A DNA stretch of 64,000 nucleotides from Callorhinchus milii. Its lineage: Eukaryota. The notes below the pieces were generated by a model. That model was not told the origin of the DNA. It ran no database searches and worked only from the letters and a program-made list of their open reading frames with translations. The position numbers and the translations under genes were made by a program. The stretch is taken from positions 34,908,001 through 34,972,000 of the forward strand of contig NW_024704743.1 of assembly GCF_018977255.1 (NCBI RefSeq). The letters run 5' to 3'. Positions 51,221 to 64,000 of this stretch are shown piece by piece (the stretch's first letter is position 1; the number at the start of each line of letters is the position of its first letter).

Positions 51221-51258
51221 TGTTACAGAAAACGTGTCAATACACGTTTTCTGTAACA
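51221..51258. repeat. Perfect 17-bp palindrome with 4-nt loop
   Basis: TGTTACAGAAAACGTGT-CAAT-ACACGTTTTCTGTAACA. Confidence 0.95.
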
Positions 51259-52284
51259 TCTCAAAAAAAAATCCTTTAAGTGTCCAGCTACATGTGCAAC
51301 CTGTGAGTTCTGCTGAAATGGAGTGACCAAGATCTACTTACTGAGTCCTCAGGACTGTGTCCTCCTGGATCTGTCCATTTTTCTCACTACTACAACAGCA
51401 ATAACTTGCACTTTGTATCGCCCTCCATGCAGGGCAGTGTCTCAGAATGCTTAGAACTTTATGATAAACTGTTTTTCATCAGAAATCCATCTACACATCC
51501 TAAGAGCTAATTACAGCTCTGACACTGTTCTTGAGAAACAAATGATTAAAGTACACAATTATTTGCAAAATATTGACAGCCATATTGTCTATATAGAGGT
51601 CTGTAGTTTTGTTCCTAAATGCTGTGTTACTTCATACCTTATTTATAATTTGGATCATATTAACTGTATGAATTCTTATACATCTTTAAAACCAAACCAT
51701 GGTTACTGAGCAAATAAGTAAATTTTACATTTGGAAACTTCAAAACTATTCTTCTCTTGGTTTGCCCTAAAACCTGGTGAAGTACTAATCCATTTCAGCT
51801 AATGAGCTATGATTATGACACATTGAAAACAAATTGTAAGTAAATATTGTCTAGAAGTCTCAATGTGGCACCTTTTCATTGAATAGTTGCTAAAAAAAAT
51901 GGTGAACTTGTTTCTGCCTTTGTAGATAACTGTTAAATTGATACACATTCAGACCCATTTGATCTATAGTGCGTCATTGCATTCAATGATTGAACAATTT
52001 GTAAGAATTGGATATTGTGTAACAACAACTTTTATTTCTTTAGCTCCTTTAGTGTAGGATTCGCAGATGGTAGGACTCACTTGAGTTTAAAGGATATAAA
52101 GAGAGAATTTAAGGATGGTACCTGAAGAGACAAGGTAAAGCGATTGTTTAGCAAGAAGTTCTACAGAGCAAAGGACATAGTGGCTGAAGGCGAAGCCGCC
52201 TATAGTCGAATGGAATGTAATAGACCAGAAGTCGAAGGGCAAGAGAAGAAGGCAAGACCATTGAAGGGTTAGCACAAAGACCTT

Positions 52285-53930
52285 ACAACAACAACAACAA
52301 CAAGATTCCATTTATAAAGCGCCTTTCACGTCAGGAGGACGTCCCAAGGCGCTGCACAGTTGGGTCATGACCCGAGCAGGGGGGAAATGGTCAGGGTGAG
52401 GGGAGGGAAGGGAGGGAGCGAGGAGGGGGGAAATGGTCAGGGTGAGGGGAGGGAAGGGAGGGAGCGAGGAGGGGGAAGAGAGTTGAGAGGGGAGCTGAAG
52501 GCTCGGTCAAAGAGAAAGGTTTTGAGACCGGCCTTGAAGGAGGAAAGGGAGGAAGCGGCGAAGGCACTGGGGGATAGAGTTCCAGAGCCTCGGGGCTGAG
52601 AGGCTGAAAAGCCCGACCACCGATGGTAGGGCGATTGGGGCGGGGGACGTGGAGCAGACCGGAGCCAGAGGAACGGAGGGTACGGGCAGGTAGGTAGGGG
52701 GATAGTAGGTTGGAGAGGTAGGAGGGAGCAAGGCCGTGAATGGCCTTGTAGGTGAGGATGAGGATCTTGAAATCAATCCTCTGGGGGATGGGGAGCCAGT
52801 GGAGGCGAGCGAGGGTGGGAGTGATGTGGTCCGAAGCCTGGTGCGGGACAGTACACGAGCTGCAGAGTTCTGAATGACCTGCAGCTTGTGGAGGGAGGTG
52901 GCGGGAAGGCCGGCGAGGAGAGAGTTCCCATAGTCCAGCCTTGAGGTGACAAAGGCGTGAACCAGGGTTTCAGCAGCGTGAGGGGTGAGGTAATGCCGTA
53001 GTCTGGCGATGTTCCGGAGGTGATGGAAGGCGGTGCCAGTTGTGGTGCGGATGTGAGGGAGAAAGGACAGCTCAGGGTCGAACAAAACGCCGAGGTTCCT
53101 GACTGGCTTTGAGAGGTGGAGAGTGCAGCCTTGGATGCTGATGGTGTCAGCGCCTGAGGTGCGGAGGCGCTGACGTGAGCCAATCAGGAGGGCCTCGGTT
53201 TTTCGCACGTTGAGCTGAAGAAAGTTGTCTCTCGTCCAGGACTCGATGTCGGACAGGCAGGCTGTCAGGACATCGGTGGTCGTGGAGTTGAGAGTAGAGG
53301 AGGAAAGGTAGAGTTGGGTGTCATCCGCATACATGTGGAAGTTAACTCCATGTCTGCGGATGATGTCACCAAGGGGGAGCATATAGAGGGTGAAGAGGAG
53401 GGGACCGAGGACAGAGCCCTGAGGGACACCACATGAGACAATGCGGGGGGTGGAGGAGAAGCCATTCATCGAGACAAAGTGAAGACGGTGAGAAAGGTAC
53501 GACCTAAACCATTCAAGGACAGTGCCTTGAAGGTTGAGGTGGGAGGACAAGCGGTGGAGTAGGATAGCGTGGTCGACCGTATCGAATGCTGCCGATAGGT
53601 CGAGGAGGCAGAGGGAGCCCTGGTCACAGATGGTCAGGATATCATTGGTGACCTTGACCAGGGCAGTTTCTGTGCTATGGGCAGCACGGAAACCTGACTG
53701 AAGGGGTTCGAAAAGTGAATGGGTGGAAAGGAAAGAGCGCAGTTGGGAGGCGACAACTCTTTCCAGGACCTTGGAGAGAAAGGGGAGGTTGGAGATGGGC
53801 CGGTAGCTTGATAGCTGCGACGCATCAAGGGAGGGTTTTTTCAGGGTGGGCGTGATGGTGGCAGTTTTTAAGGGAATGGGGACAGAGCCAGAGGAGAGGG
53901 ACAGGTTGATGATGTCAGTGATATGTGGTC
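52285..53930 (-). mobile_element. Young 5'-truncated L2 LINE with nearly intact RT
   Basis: 347-aa ORF with [21 protein letters not shown] and SRLDYGN; CpGs largely retained; (CAA)5 tail; ~45-bp tandem duplication in the 3' UTR (~52380-52470). Confidence 0.95.
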
Positions 53931-54464
53931 TTAGTCAATTTGCTGGGGTACTGGGTGGAAGATGTGGTCAAAATTTATGTTTATCTGGCCAACTAGTTTA
54001 TATGACCAACTAGTGACTCTTCTCCTTGGGAGAGAACTAAGTAGGATCTCCTTGATGATGAAATGTTTAGCAATGGAATGCCAGAATTGAGCCAATCTCA
54101 GTAATCCAATTCCCCAGTTGGTAGGTCCACAGTACTCCAGGGCTGCTGATGATAGCTCAGCCAACGGCAGGACTTGGAAAGGCAGATCAGTCACTTGGGG
54201 CAGGAATTCTTCCTTCTCTGCTCGCTTTAACCATGCAAGTCAAAGGGTAGCCCTCGTTGGACAAGCAGTGGGAAAGGTTGCCAGCTAGTACTCTCAATGC
54301 AAGCTTTGCAGTTTTAGCAAGTAACAAGTCTTGGCTCTTGCCAACCTGCACCTAATATTTTCCAGAACTTGGTAAGCAGGATATGTCTTTCCAGGGGGAG
54401 TATGCGCATTCTAATAAATATCTTGGGAATTTCCATGCATAGATGGGATGAATGGAACTCTCAA

Positions 54465-55000
54465 CACCTTGCATTTATATAGCACCCTTCATACGGGGTA
54501 GCTTCTCGGAGTGCCTAACAGTGAGGGAGGAAGTAACCATAAGTATAGCAGAAGAGGAAGGCTCCTCAGGCATGATCTGAAAAAGGGGAATGAAGAGCAA
54601 GGTGGAGGGATTGAGGGAGAGAGTTCCAAAGTTTCAGGGCAGAGTGGCTGAAAATGCATCCACTGATGGTGGAGAGGACAAAGGACAAGCAGGAGGCTGG
54701 AGCCAGCAAAGCGAAAGTGGAGGGTGGTGTAGTGGCGAGAAAGGAGATCAGATAGGTAAAGAGGTGAAGTGATTTGTGGACAAGCGTGAGGAGCTTGAAG
54801 TCGATCCGTTCTGTGATCTGGAGCCAGTGGAGCCTGATAGGGGTATGGAGTTTAGAGTGAGTATATGGGTGGCAGACGTCTGAAATAGTTGGATTTGGGG
54901 AGCTGGGAAGACTGGTGAGGGCATCAGAATAATCGAGGTGGGAGGTGCAAAGCAAGGATGATGGTCTCGGCTGCACTGGGTGTGAGGTACGGTTGGAGGC
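54465..55000 (-). mobile_element. Old L2 3' fragment
   Basis: TSHLDYSD...LHWLQITERIDFKLLTLVHKSLH...LWNSLPQSL; related pieces at ~50555-50930 and ~52020-52270. Confidence 0.8.
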
Positions 55001-55089
55001 TGGGAATGTGATGGAGGTGAAGTAAAGTGGTCCACTCTCTTCCCAAACCGTCTCCTACTCACGCAAATCACCTTGGTACACCACCCACT

Positions 55090-57100
55090 TCTGCTTCTTT
55101 AAAGCCCAGGCACATTCCGCTGAATGGACCTGGCTTAAATCAAACCTAACTGTCCACTGGCAGATTTGGTTGGACCTTGTCAAATCCTACTTCTCCACCC
55201 TTGCCTCTGCTAAATCGTTGTTTTACTCCAAGACAATCTTGGCGGCTAAGGACAATTCCAGGCTGATCTTCTCCATCACAAACCAACTCCTCCGCCCACC
55301 CTCTCACACTTCATCCATCCTCACCTCAAATGCCAACTGCGAAGTGATGCTGGACTTATTGAAATCCAAAATCGAGGGAATCCGCTCAGCCGCCTCTGCC
55401 ACTGCAACTACTACCACCTCCCCATTTCTTCCTCCCACCCGAACTCCTACCCAACCCTCCCTCCACAACTTTGAACCTGTCTTCCCCTCCTCTCATCACC
55501 ACCATAACCTGTATGAAACCCACCACCTGCTCCCTTGACCCCATCCCTACCCCACTCCTTACCTCCCAGTTCCACCTTCTTGCCCCTCTACTCACTGACA
55601 TTGTTAACCTCTCCCTGTCCTCTGGTACTGTTCCCACCCTTTTAAAAACCACTGTCATCATTCCTATCCTTTTTTAAAAAAAAAACACCTCCCTGGACCC
55701 TTCTCTAACACCCCACCTCCAACCTCCCCTTCCTCTCCAAGATCCAGGAACAAGTTGTTGCTTTGCTCTTTCCTCTCCCGCCACTCCCTTCTCGAACCCC
55801 TCCAATCGGGCTTCCACAGCACAGAAACAGCCCTGGTCAAAGTGACAAATAACATTCTGTCCATCTGCGACCAGGGATCCCTCTGGCTCCTTGTCCTCCT
55901 TGACGTCTCTGCTGCTTTCGACACCGTCGACTACTCTATTCTCATCCACCACCTCTCCACTCAACCTCCACCGCGTTGTCCTTGATTGGTTCAGATCGTA
56001 CCTCTCACATTGCCTGTCACTTTATCTCCTAAAACGGCTTCTCCTCTAGCCCCCTTGTGCGGCATTCCTCAGGTCTCTGTCCTTGGTCCCCTCCTCTTCA
56101 ACATCTATATGCTCCCTCTTGGTGACATCATCCGCAGACATGGGGTAAACTTCCACATATATGCGGATGATACCAACTGTACCTCTCTGCCTCCACCCTC
56201 GATTCCAGGACCACTGCTGTCTTGACAGAATGTCTGTGAGACATCAGGTCCTGGATGAGAGCTAACTTTCTTCAGTTGAATGTCAACAAGACCGAGGCTC
56301 TCCTGAATTGGCACCCGTCAGCGTATTCACCTCAGGCGTTGACAGCATCACCATCCATGGTTGCACACTCCACCTTACTAAGCCAATCTGGAACCTTGGG
56401 GTCTTGTTTGACCCTCAACTATCCTTTGTACCCTACATCTGTGCCATGACCTGCTTTGCCTTTCCCCACCTCCACAACATCAGCCGGTTCTGCTGTCTCA
56501 CACCACAGGCTGCTGAAACTCTCATACGCGCCATCATTACATTGAGGCTCGACTATGCAAACTCACTGCTTGTAGGCCTCCCCAACTCCTTCCTCCACAG
56601 GCTGCAGATCATCCAGATCTCTGCAGCCCATGTTCTCTCCCGCACTAGGCTCTGCGCCCTATCACCCCCATCCTTGCCCAACTCCACTGGCTTCCATTAC
56701 AGAGGATACAGTTCAAGATCCTGGTCCTCACCTTCAAAGCCCTCCATGGTCTTGCTCCCCCCTACCTCTCCGACCTTCTAGACCCCTACCACCCTGTTCG
56801 CTCTTTCCGCTCAACGAGCTCTGGCCTGCTTCATGTCCCCCGCCTTGCTCGCCCCACGATCGTCAGGTGGACTTTCTGCCACTCTGCACCCACCCTCTGG
56901 AACTCCATCCCACAGTCCCTCCGCCTCGCCCCTTCCCTCGCCACCTGGTGCTTTTGATCTCCCTGCTTCTCCCCCTGCCATCCCTCCTCCCCCACCCCGA
57001 CCCTCAGCTCGAGTCCGTAACTCTTGTCTGTCTAGCGCCTTGGGACGTTCTCCAGATGTGAAAGGCGCTATACAAATGTAATTTTGTCGTTGTTGTTGGT
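55090..57100 (+). mobile_element. L2 LINE (tether, RT, 3' tail)
   Basis: [41 protein letters not shown], 3' tail. Confidence 0.92.
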
Positions 57101-57299
57101 GATCAGGGACCAAATGTGGGGTAAGAAGGGCAACTGGGGATCCAACCTGACACTTCAGTCGTGTCCAGGTTCAGTAAGTCTTGGAGACCTGAGCTTCCCT
57201 CTCCACTCTAAATGTGTCTCCTCCTGCCCCCCTCTATGTCTGTCCTCCCATCCCCCTCTATCCGCTACTACCCCTCTGTCCTCCTCTCCCACCGCCCTC

Positions 57300-59367
57300 C
57301 CCGCCTTCTCTCTCTCCTCGACCCATCACCACTTCCCTCTGCTCCAGCCTGGGCATCCTCCGCTGGGCCCATCATGGCTCCAGGCACTGGCTGTCCCAGA
57401 GCAGCAACCCCACGTGTCCCTTCGTTCTCTTCCCCCAATGACCCCATCCCCAGAGTGGAAGCCTCCCCTCCAGGCTACATCTTCCAACACACACCCCTGT
57501 CCAAACCAACGTGGTGGCAAAGCCTCCCTTGGTCTTACCCCCTACTCCTGTTTCCCCTTCTTTGAATACCTCACCCTCTTCCACCCCTCTCTCCCATTGA
57601 AAATCCTCCTTGTCTACCGCCTCCCTAAGCACCCCCGGCTCCTTCGACACAGACATCTCCACTCTCCTCTCTTCCCTGTCCCTCTGCTCCGAGCGCCTGC
57701 TCATAATGGGCGATTTCAACCTCCACCTAAACTCCCCCTGCACTACTCCTGCCGACTTTACGGCCCTCCTCTCCTCCCTTAACCTCACCCTTCACATAAA
57801 CTCACCCACCCACAACCGTGGTCATGCCCTTGAACTCGTTATCACCCACGGCCTTGACATTTCCGACCTCAGCATTGTGGATAAGGCCATCTCAGACCAC
57901 TTCCTCATCTCCTTCTCCTCTCACATCCCTCTCTCCTCCACCAAGCCCTCAACCATCCTTTATCGCCCTTGGAAAAGGCTACCCCCTGAGACCCTCACAA
58001 AGGCCCTCTCATCATCAAACATCCTATCCCTCTGGCCTTCCACCTGTGGAGATCCTGAAGCAGCCATCCAACTGCTCCATGATCGCCTCTCCTCCACCAT
58101 CAACTCCCTAGTCCCCCTGAAATCCAGGACCATCACTACAGAGACTGCGCTTATGAAAGTCATAGACGACATCCTCTATCTGTCACCAGGGCTCCCTCTG
58201 CTTCCTTGTGCTCCTGGACCTTTCTACGGTAGTCAACACAGTCGATCACGCCATCCTCCTCCACCGCCATTCCTCTTGTCATCCACCTCAGTGGGAACGC
58301 ACTCGCCTGGTTCAAGTCCTACCTCACAAACCGCCAGCAGTACATCTGCACAAACAGTTTCTCCTCCCGCTCTCACCCGGTTACCTGCGGGGTACCCCAA
58401 GGATCCATCCTTGGCCCCCTTCTCTTTCTGATCTACATGCTCCCTCTTGGGGATATCATCCGCAGACATGGGGTACATTTCCACATGTATGCGGATGACA
58501 GCGAACTCTATTTTTCCACCTCTCTTTGCGACCCCCAGTCCCCTGATATTCTGTCAGCCTGCCTTTCAGACCTCAGGGGCTGGATGAGAGCAATTTTCCT
58601 TCAACTGTACGTCGACAAGTCTCAAATCCCACGGCTCTCACCTCCCGACTTCCCCCTAAAACTCTCTGAACCCATATGCAACCTAGGCATCAGGTTCGAC
58701 CTCCAATTGTCCTTCCTCCCCCATATCTGGTCCCTCACCAGCACCGCCTTCGACACATCGCCTGTCTCCACAAATACCTCTCTTCGAAAGCCGCTGAAAC
58801 CCTGGTCCATGCCTTTGTCACCTCTCGGCTGGACTACTCTAACCCCCTCCTCACTGGTCTCCCATCCATTACCTTCCATAAAATCCAAATCATCCAAAAC
58901 TCTGCCGCCCGCATTTTCACCCGCACCAAACTACGTTCCCCGATCACCCCAGTCCTTGCCAGACTGCACTGGCTGCCTGTCCTAGAGGGGATCGATTTCA
59001 AGATCCTCACCCTTGTACTCAAATCCCTCCACTCCTCTGCACCCCCTACCTCTCTTCTCAAAACAGCACCCGTTGCCTTCGATCCTCCGGGTCTGGCCTC
59101 CTCCTCGTCCCCTCAGTCCTCTGCTTCACCCTTGGTGGCCGTGCCTTCAGCCACTTTGCCCCGAGGCTCTGGAATTCTCTTCCTCTTTCCCTTCGCCTCG
59201 CCCCCTCTTCCTACTTTCAGGTCCCTTCTGAAGACCTTTCTTTTCAACCGCGCCTTTGGTCACCTTCCTCCCCCTCCCTCTGGCTTGGCCCCGGGATTTG
59301 TTACTGTAAAGCGCTCTGAGCCGCCGTCCAGCATGGAGGGCGCTATATAAATCCAAGTTGTTGTTGA
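57300..59367 (+). mobile_element. L2 LINE of a second subfamily, internally deleted
   Basis: IMGDFNLH, HALELVIT, SDH, YADDSELY, SRLDYSN; distinct tail TAAAGCGCTCTGAG...GGCGCTATATAAATCCAAG(TTG)n also seen at ~27430-27575. Confidence 0.9.
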
Positions 59368-59369
59368 TG

Positions 59370-59935
59370 GGCCTGGGAGGTTGAGCCAGTCAGAGCCGCA
59401 AGAGAGAACATGTTGATGGAAGCCAAGGAGTATGGCTTCGTTTTGTTGACGTTCAGCTGCAGGAAGATGTCCAACAAGTTGGCAGATTACGAGCGGACCA
59501 GCTGGAGGAGAAGCATAGTTGGGTGTCATTCACATTCGTGTGGAGTTTACCCTGTGTTTGCAGATGTCATCACCAAGAAGGAACATGTAAATAAGAAAAA
59601 GAGGGCCATGGATAAAGCCTTGAGGTATGCTGCAGCTGACCAGATGGGGGCGGGAAAAAACGTTTGTGGAGATGACGTGGGTGGGGGGGGTTAGTTTTAG
59701 ATAAGATTTGAACCAGACGAGTGAGGTCTCACTGAATGGATGAGAGAAGAGGAGGTGGTGGAGGATGCCACGATCAACTATGTTGAATCCAGTGGAGAGG
59801 TCCAGGATGACACGGAGGCAGAGGGAGCCCTGGTCAGAGAGAGAGAGAGGACATAATTTGTGATTTTGACGAGCGATGTCTCTGTGGTGGGCAGTATGGA
59901 ATCCAGACTGGATAGGCTCGAGTAGGGAATGGAGA
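59370..59935 (-). mobile_element. Old L2 RT fragment
   Basis: TTETSLVKITNY and degraded RT motifs on the minus strand. Confidence 0.75.
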
Positions 59936-60599
59936 GAGGTGTGAGTGAAATATTGATGGGATGCATGGAACTCAGTTTGGTTTGGATACTCTTGAGCATG
60001 GGTTTCAACATGTGTCAGACACCTGGCTTACCAAAAAAATCTAGGCAGCTTCTGACAGTCTTAAAATGAACAAATGTGGTTTCCATATTTAAGGATAACA
60101 ACTGTACAATAGCAACTATGAGCAACTAGCTTGACCTTCATTAGAAAACTTATGCTATTAATAATCAGAAGCAACTAAATTGTACCTTTTATGAAAATAA
60201 ACAATTAAATAACCAAACACTGCTTCAACTTGCCTAGTTCATCTCCAACCTTTTTGAGAAAATAGTATCCCAATTTGAAGATGGGAAGCCTTATGATTAG
60301 TGTTCTTACATTTCCAAAAGGTCTTTTAACTAAGTACTATATCAGACTCTTTTTTCAAGATAGTCAGTTATCAAGAATAAGTCTCATTAGTAATTGGCTA
60401 AATGTCAGAGGATAGTCGTAAGGAGGGATGGATGTATTGATTGGGATGCCTCGGGAGTCCTTGCTAGGATTTCCCAAGTGTACATAAATGACCTAGATTC
60501 TCAGACTTTGCCAGCTAGTTAAATTTACAGATGGCAGCAAGCTAGGGGTATAGATTCTAAAATCTTTGATACTAATTATGCACTTGGGTTGATCATAGT

Positions 60600-62520
60600 A
60601 ACCTCTGTGAAGGTAGGTCAAAAACTTTGCAGAAGTCAATGAATGCCAACTTAGGTGGATTTTTCTTTAGCCTTTGTATGTGATTGCACAATATCAAAGC
60701 CACAACCTGTCCCACATAGAACAGACACCAACCTATTCCTTCCTGCTCAAACTACGAGCCACCAGTGTGATACACATGCAGTGACTACCTGAATCATCAC
60801 TTGTAAGAGCCACTTTAAGAGCCAGTGAGATCTCTCTGTAGTTCTTGGTCTCAATAGGGTCAACCTTCTTGTGGATAGAAATCACAATTGAATTCTGAAC
60901 CACTGGTGGAGCGCGTGCCTCAGAGTTCTGTTGACCAGCTTTAGGAGGGCAGCTCCAAAGCGAGTTGGAGGTTATCGGATCTGTAAGATCCTCACTATTC
61001 TCTGTTCCTTCTCCTCCACCCCCAACAACAAGATTACATCGGTATAGCGCCTTTCCCTATTATGAAAAAGGAGGAAGTGCCAAGGCACTGGACAGTGTAC
61101 AGCATTTCAGACCCGAGATGGGGTCAGGGGGGAAGAAGGAAGGGGAGGGGAAGGGGGGGTGACTGATGGCATGGTCGAAGAGGAGGGTCTTGAGGTGGGA
61201 TTTGAAGTAGGCTAAGGAGGGGGAGAGGCGGAGTAATTGGGGGATGGAATTCCAGAGGTTGGGGGAAGAGTGGCTGAAGGCTCTCCCGCCAATGGTGGGG
61301 TGCGTGGGTCTGGGGACATGGAGCAGGCCGAAGCCGGCTGAGCGGAGGGAACGGGCGGGTCTGTATAGGGTTAGGAGGTCGCAAAGGTAGGGTGGGGCAA
61401 AGCCATGGAAGACTTTGTAGGTGAGGACCAGGATCTTGAACTGGATCCCCTGAAGGATAGGGAGCCAATGGAGTCGGCCAAGAATGGGGGAGATGGGGTC
61501 ATGGAGTTTCACCAAGCAGCTTTTAGCAACTCAGCGTGATTGCCATCCCCACCTAGTGTCTTGCCAGTAACAAGTGCAGCCACAGTGCAGTCCACCTTCT
61601 CCCAACATATTGGATTGTCAAGGCCTTCATTCTGTTCCCCACTTCTCACCAGCTCCTCCATCCAGATGCCAACTCTCCATAATACTCCCTCCAGAACCCC
61701 CAGATATATCATTGTGGGTGTGTCGTAGAACCAGACTTGTCCAACACAGGCACAAGCCCAGAAGGGCCCACTGGACATGGCTGACAGCAGACTTCAGCCA
61801 GCAGAAGATTGACGTTCTTGTGCAGCTGTGCCCCCTTTTGGAGTGACGAAGCCCATTGATCCCACTTAATTTCTCTAATAACCTTCCTGGCTTTGTGCAG
61901 TTGGTCGTAAGATGACTTTGCTGCAGTTTTAGCTTGCTCTGAGGAAGCTTCCAAAACCGTTTTAAATGCCATCTGCTTTTGTCTAATAGTTCTCCTTCCC
62001 TTTGTGGTTACCTTGACAGGGTCCTGTTTTAGGGGTGAGTGCCTTGCAGTTGTAGCTTCAGTTTCTTTATGACCTTAACTGCAGAAGCAAGAAAATCCTT
62101 GGCTAGAAAGTCAATTATCAAGTCTGCACTGTCAGCCCTTGTAGGGAATCAGTCTCAGGCTTCATGGGCAGCAGTACCCCTTGCGTGGCAGAGTATCTTG
62201 GCAGATCACTTGGAGCACAAGGCACACTATCTTCAATCTGACAGTTGCTCTATGACCCAGAGTCAGCACTCCAGCTTAGAAGTTCAAAGGCTTCCCTCGA
62301 TACAGAAGGTGACCAGCTAGTGGTCAGAAGTTTCCTATTGACGCTAAACAACACAACTTGAGAGTATAGGACATGGTAAACCACTCACCATCATGTGATC
62401 AATTCCATTCTGCACTCCATGCCAATTCCATGTTTAACGAATCTCGGAACCGAAGCAGACAGCATTGCTGTCGAAGGATTTTGTTCCAGTTTTGACACGT
62501 ACCAATTACCCATAAGGAGC
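60600..62520 (-). mobile_element. Degenerate LINE ORF2 (APE endonuclease end to RT domains 1-3), interrupted by an L2
   Basis: Minus-strand motifs GIDHMMVS and SDH (~62410-62315), VISIHKKVDPIETKNYREISL (~60885-60825) and LAFIDFCKVFD (~60650-60615). Confidence 0.75.
61020..61510 (-). mobile_element. L2 3' fragment nested in an older LINE
   Basis: LHWLPILQGIQFKILVLTYK...LWNSIP...LKTLLFDHA. Confidence 0.9.
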
Positions 62521-63884
62521 AACGGAGGCACATATACTTCATAGATGGGATAGAATTTGCCAAGTAATAAGTTAAAAGAGATTTAGGGGTGTTAGTTTAT
62601 CAATCATCATTTCCAAACCATATGATGCAACTCTGAACAAAGCGAATAGGATGTTGGGCTATATTACCAAATCAGTTGAGTTTGGATCACAGAAGTCATG
62701 CTCAAGCTCTACTTGGAGAATTGCATACAATATGCCAAATATGTGCAAAGATGACAATTTATAAATATGACTTATTTTTTGTTTCTGGTGACTAAGCATT
62801 TCTTCAAACATGATCATACCTGATGCCCCAAGACTTATAACTGAATGTTGGTAGATAGTTTTGTTTGGAAATTAAACGCCTGCTGTTTGTTCTCCATGGA
62901 TTCAAATATCTTGTATGCTATTTTGAGATATTTTGTGTTTGCTCATTACAAAGATTTTCATAATTCTAAGCACCATAATCAAATCAAGTAATGGATAAGA
63001 GGGAGGTAATTTGACCCTTACCTTGAATGAAGTTATTATTCCATCTTCTAGCCAAAGCATTTTATTTCAACAAATGTGCTCTTTTTGCACACATGACAGA
63101 AGCAATGTTTCACTTGATATAACTTCTTTTCCATTTTCTCCCACCCTATAAAGATAACTACCTGACAAACCTCCATTTGCCAGTATAGTAACCATTTTGG
63201 AATGGGTTAGCAGTTCACATCTGAAAATCGTTAGCATTCTCAGATTAATTCTAGTACAATCAGGCACTGCAGGACTGGTACCAGGTGAGGTCGTCTCTCT
63301 GACTTCTCAGATACTTGGGGATGGGGGGAGAAAGCGTTGGCCTCATCTGTAACTCAGCAGCCTTTTATCCAGTTGTTCACTCAAGCTTTAGGTTCTGGTG
63401 TCACATGGTATTATAACAACTACTTATTTTTGGACCTAGAGCATGGTGTTACCTCAAAAGAAATTCCAAAATTTGTAATACCAGAGACTTGATGTTGGTG
63501 TCTGAGGCAACTGTTACCAACCAGATCTCATGGTTTTGAATGGTTCATTTTAAGTAATTTGTTGATCCCTTTGCTCTGTGATGTGTGTAGCCAGGAAGAA
63601 GCATCAGGGATGTATGGTCTTCTGTTTCTGCATGATGTCCACTGAAGCAGTTTGAAGTAAGATGTCCAAATATAGGTTAACTCTAAGTCTTCCTTGGATA
63701 AGGTTGACCAACATGGTTTTGTGTGCAAATATGATTGATTTTTTGCATTATCAAAGGCTGCACCTCTGTCTACAGTTGTTATGGATTTGACATTCCTAGT
63801 TTTGGTTTCAAAGGAGAAATTATATTGCAGTTCCTTCAGTTAGTTACTTTCAGCCAAAATAGATATGTATCTAAATTGACAGGT

Positions 63885-64000
63885 CTCATTTTCAAGGCCA
63901 TCCACGGCCTCGCCCCCTCCTACATCTCTGATCTGCTAGCCCCCTTATTAACCTGTTCGTTCCCTCTGCTCAGCAGGATCCAGCCTACTCCAGGTCTCCC
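63885..64000 (+). mobile_element. L2 fragment cut by the window edge
   Basis: [16 protein letters not shown]. Confidence 0.8.

Noticed and set aside
63480..63740. Possible degenerate DNA-transposase fragment (NHVGQ...LLPGYTH on the minus strand)
   Set aside because: Only a vague motif resemblance with several stops; not supportable without a profile search.
46622..64000. CDYL exon 2 (VERIVDKRKN... chromodomain)
   Set aside because: No matching ORF in the track or by eye; it presumably lies beyond the window.

Overview
This is eukaryotic, repeat-dense genomic DNA, most likely from a cartilaginous fish (a chimaera-like mix of L2 and CR1 LINEs and tRNA-headed Deu-type SINEs; species is inferred). 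It is not prokaryotic: there are no operons or CRISPR arrays, and most ORFs in the supplied track are retroelement remnants or chance ORFs. Two host genes are present, head-to-head across a CpG island at about 45.2-46.7 kb. ECI2 (ACBP domain plus enoyl-CoA isomerase) is on the minus strand with four coding exons visible (45877-45837, 6140-5984, 3726-3628, 1618-1430), all GT/AG-flanked and in phase, and a ~39.7 kb first intron. CDYL is on the plus strand with only its 24-nt first coding exon (MASEELYE, 46598-46621). The two start codons are only ~720 bp apart. The rest is intron filled with L2, CR1, RTE and RTE-X-like LINE pieces, SINEs, a Tigger/pogo-type MITE and a Penelope-like element carrying decayed hammerhead ribozyme cores. 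The most interesting observations are the shared bidirectional promoter of two crotonase-fold relatives, alternative splice donors that could switch ECI2 between organelle-targeted isoforms, a one-directional AT-to-GC shift in the SINE copy next to the CpG island, and several local inverted duplications. Repeat coordinates are read by eye and approximate; exon coordinates were worked out base by base.
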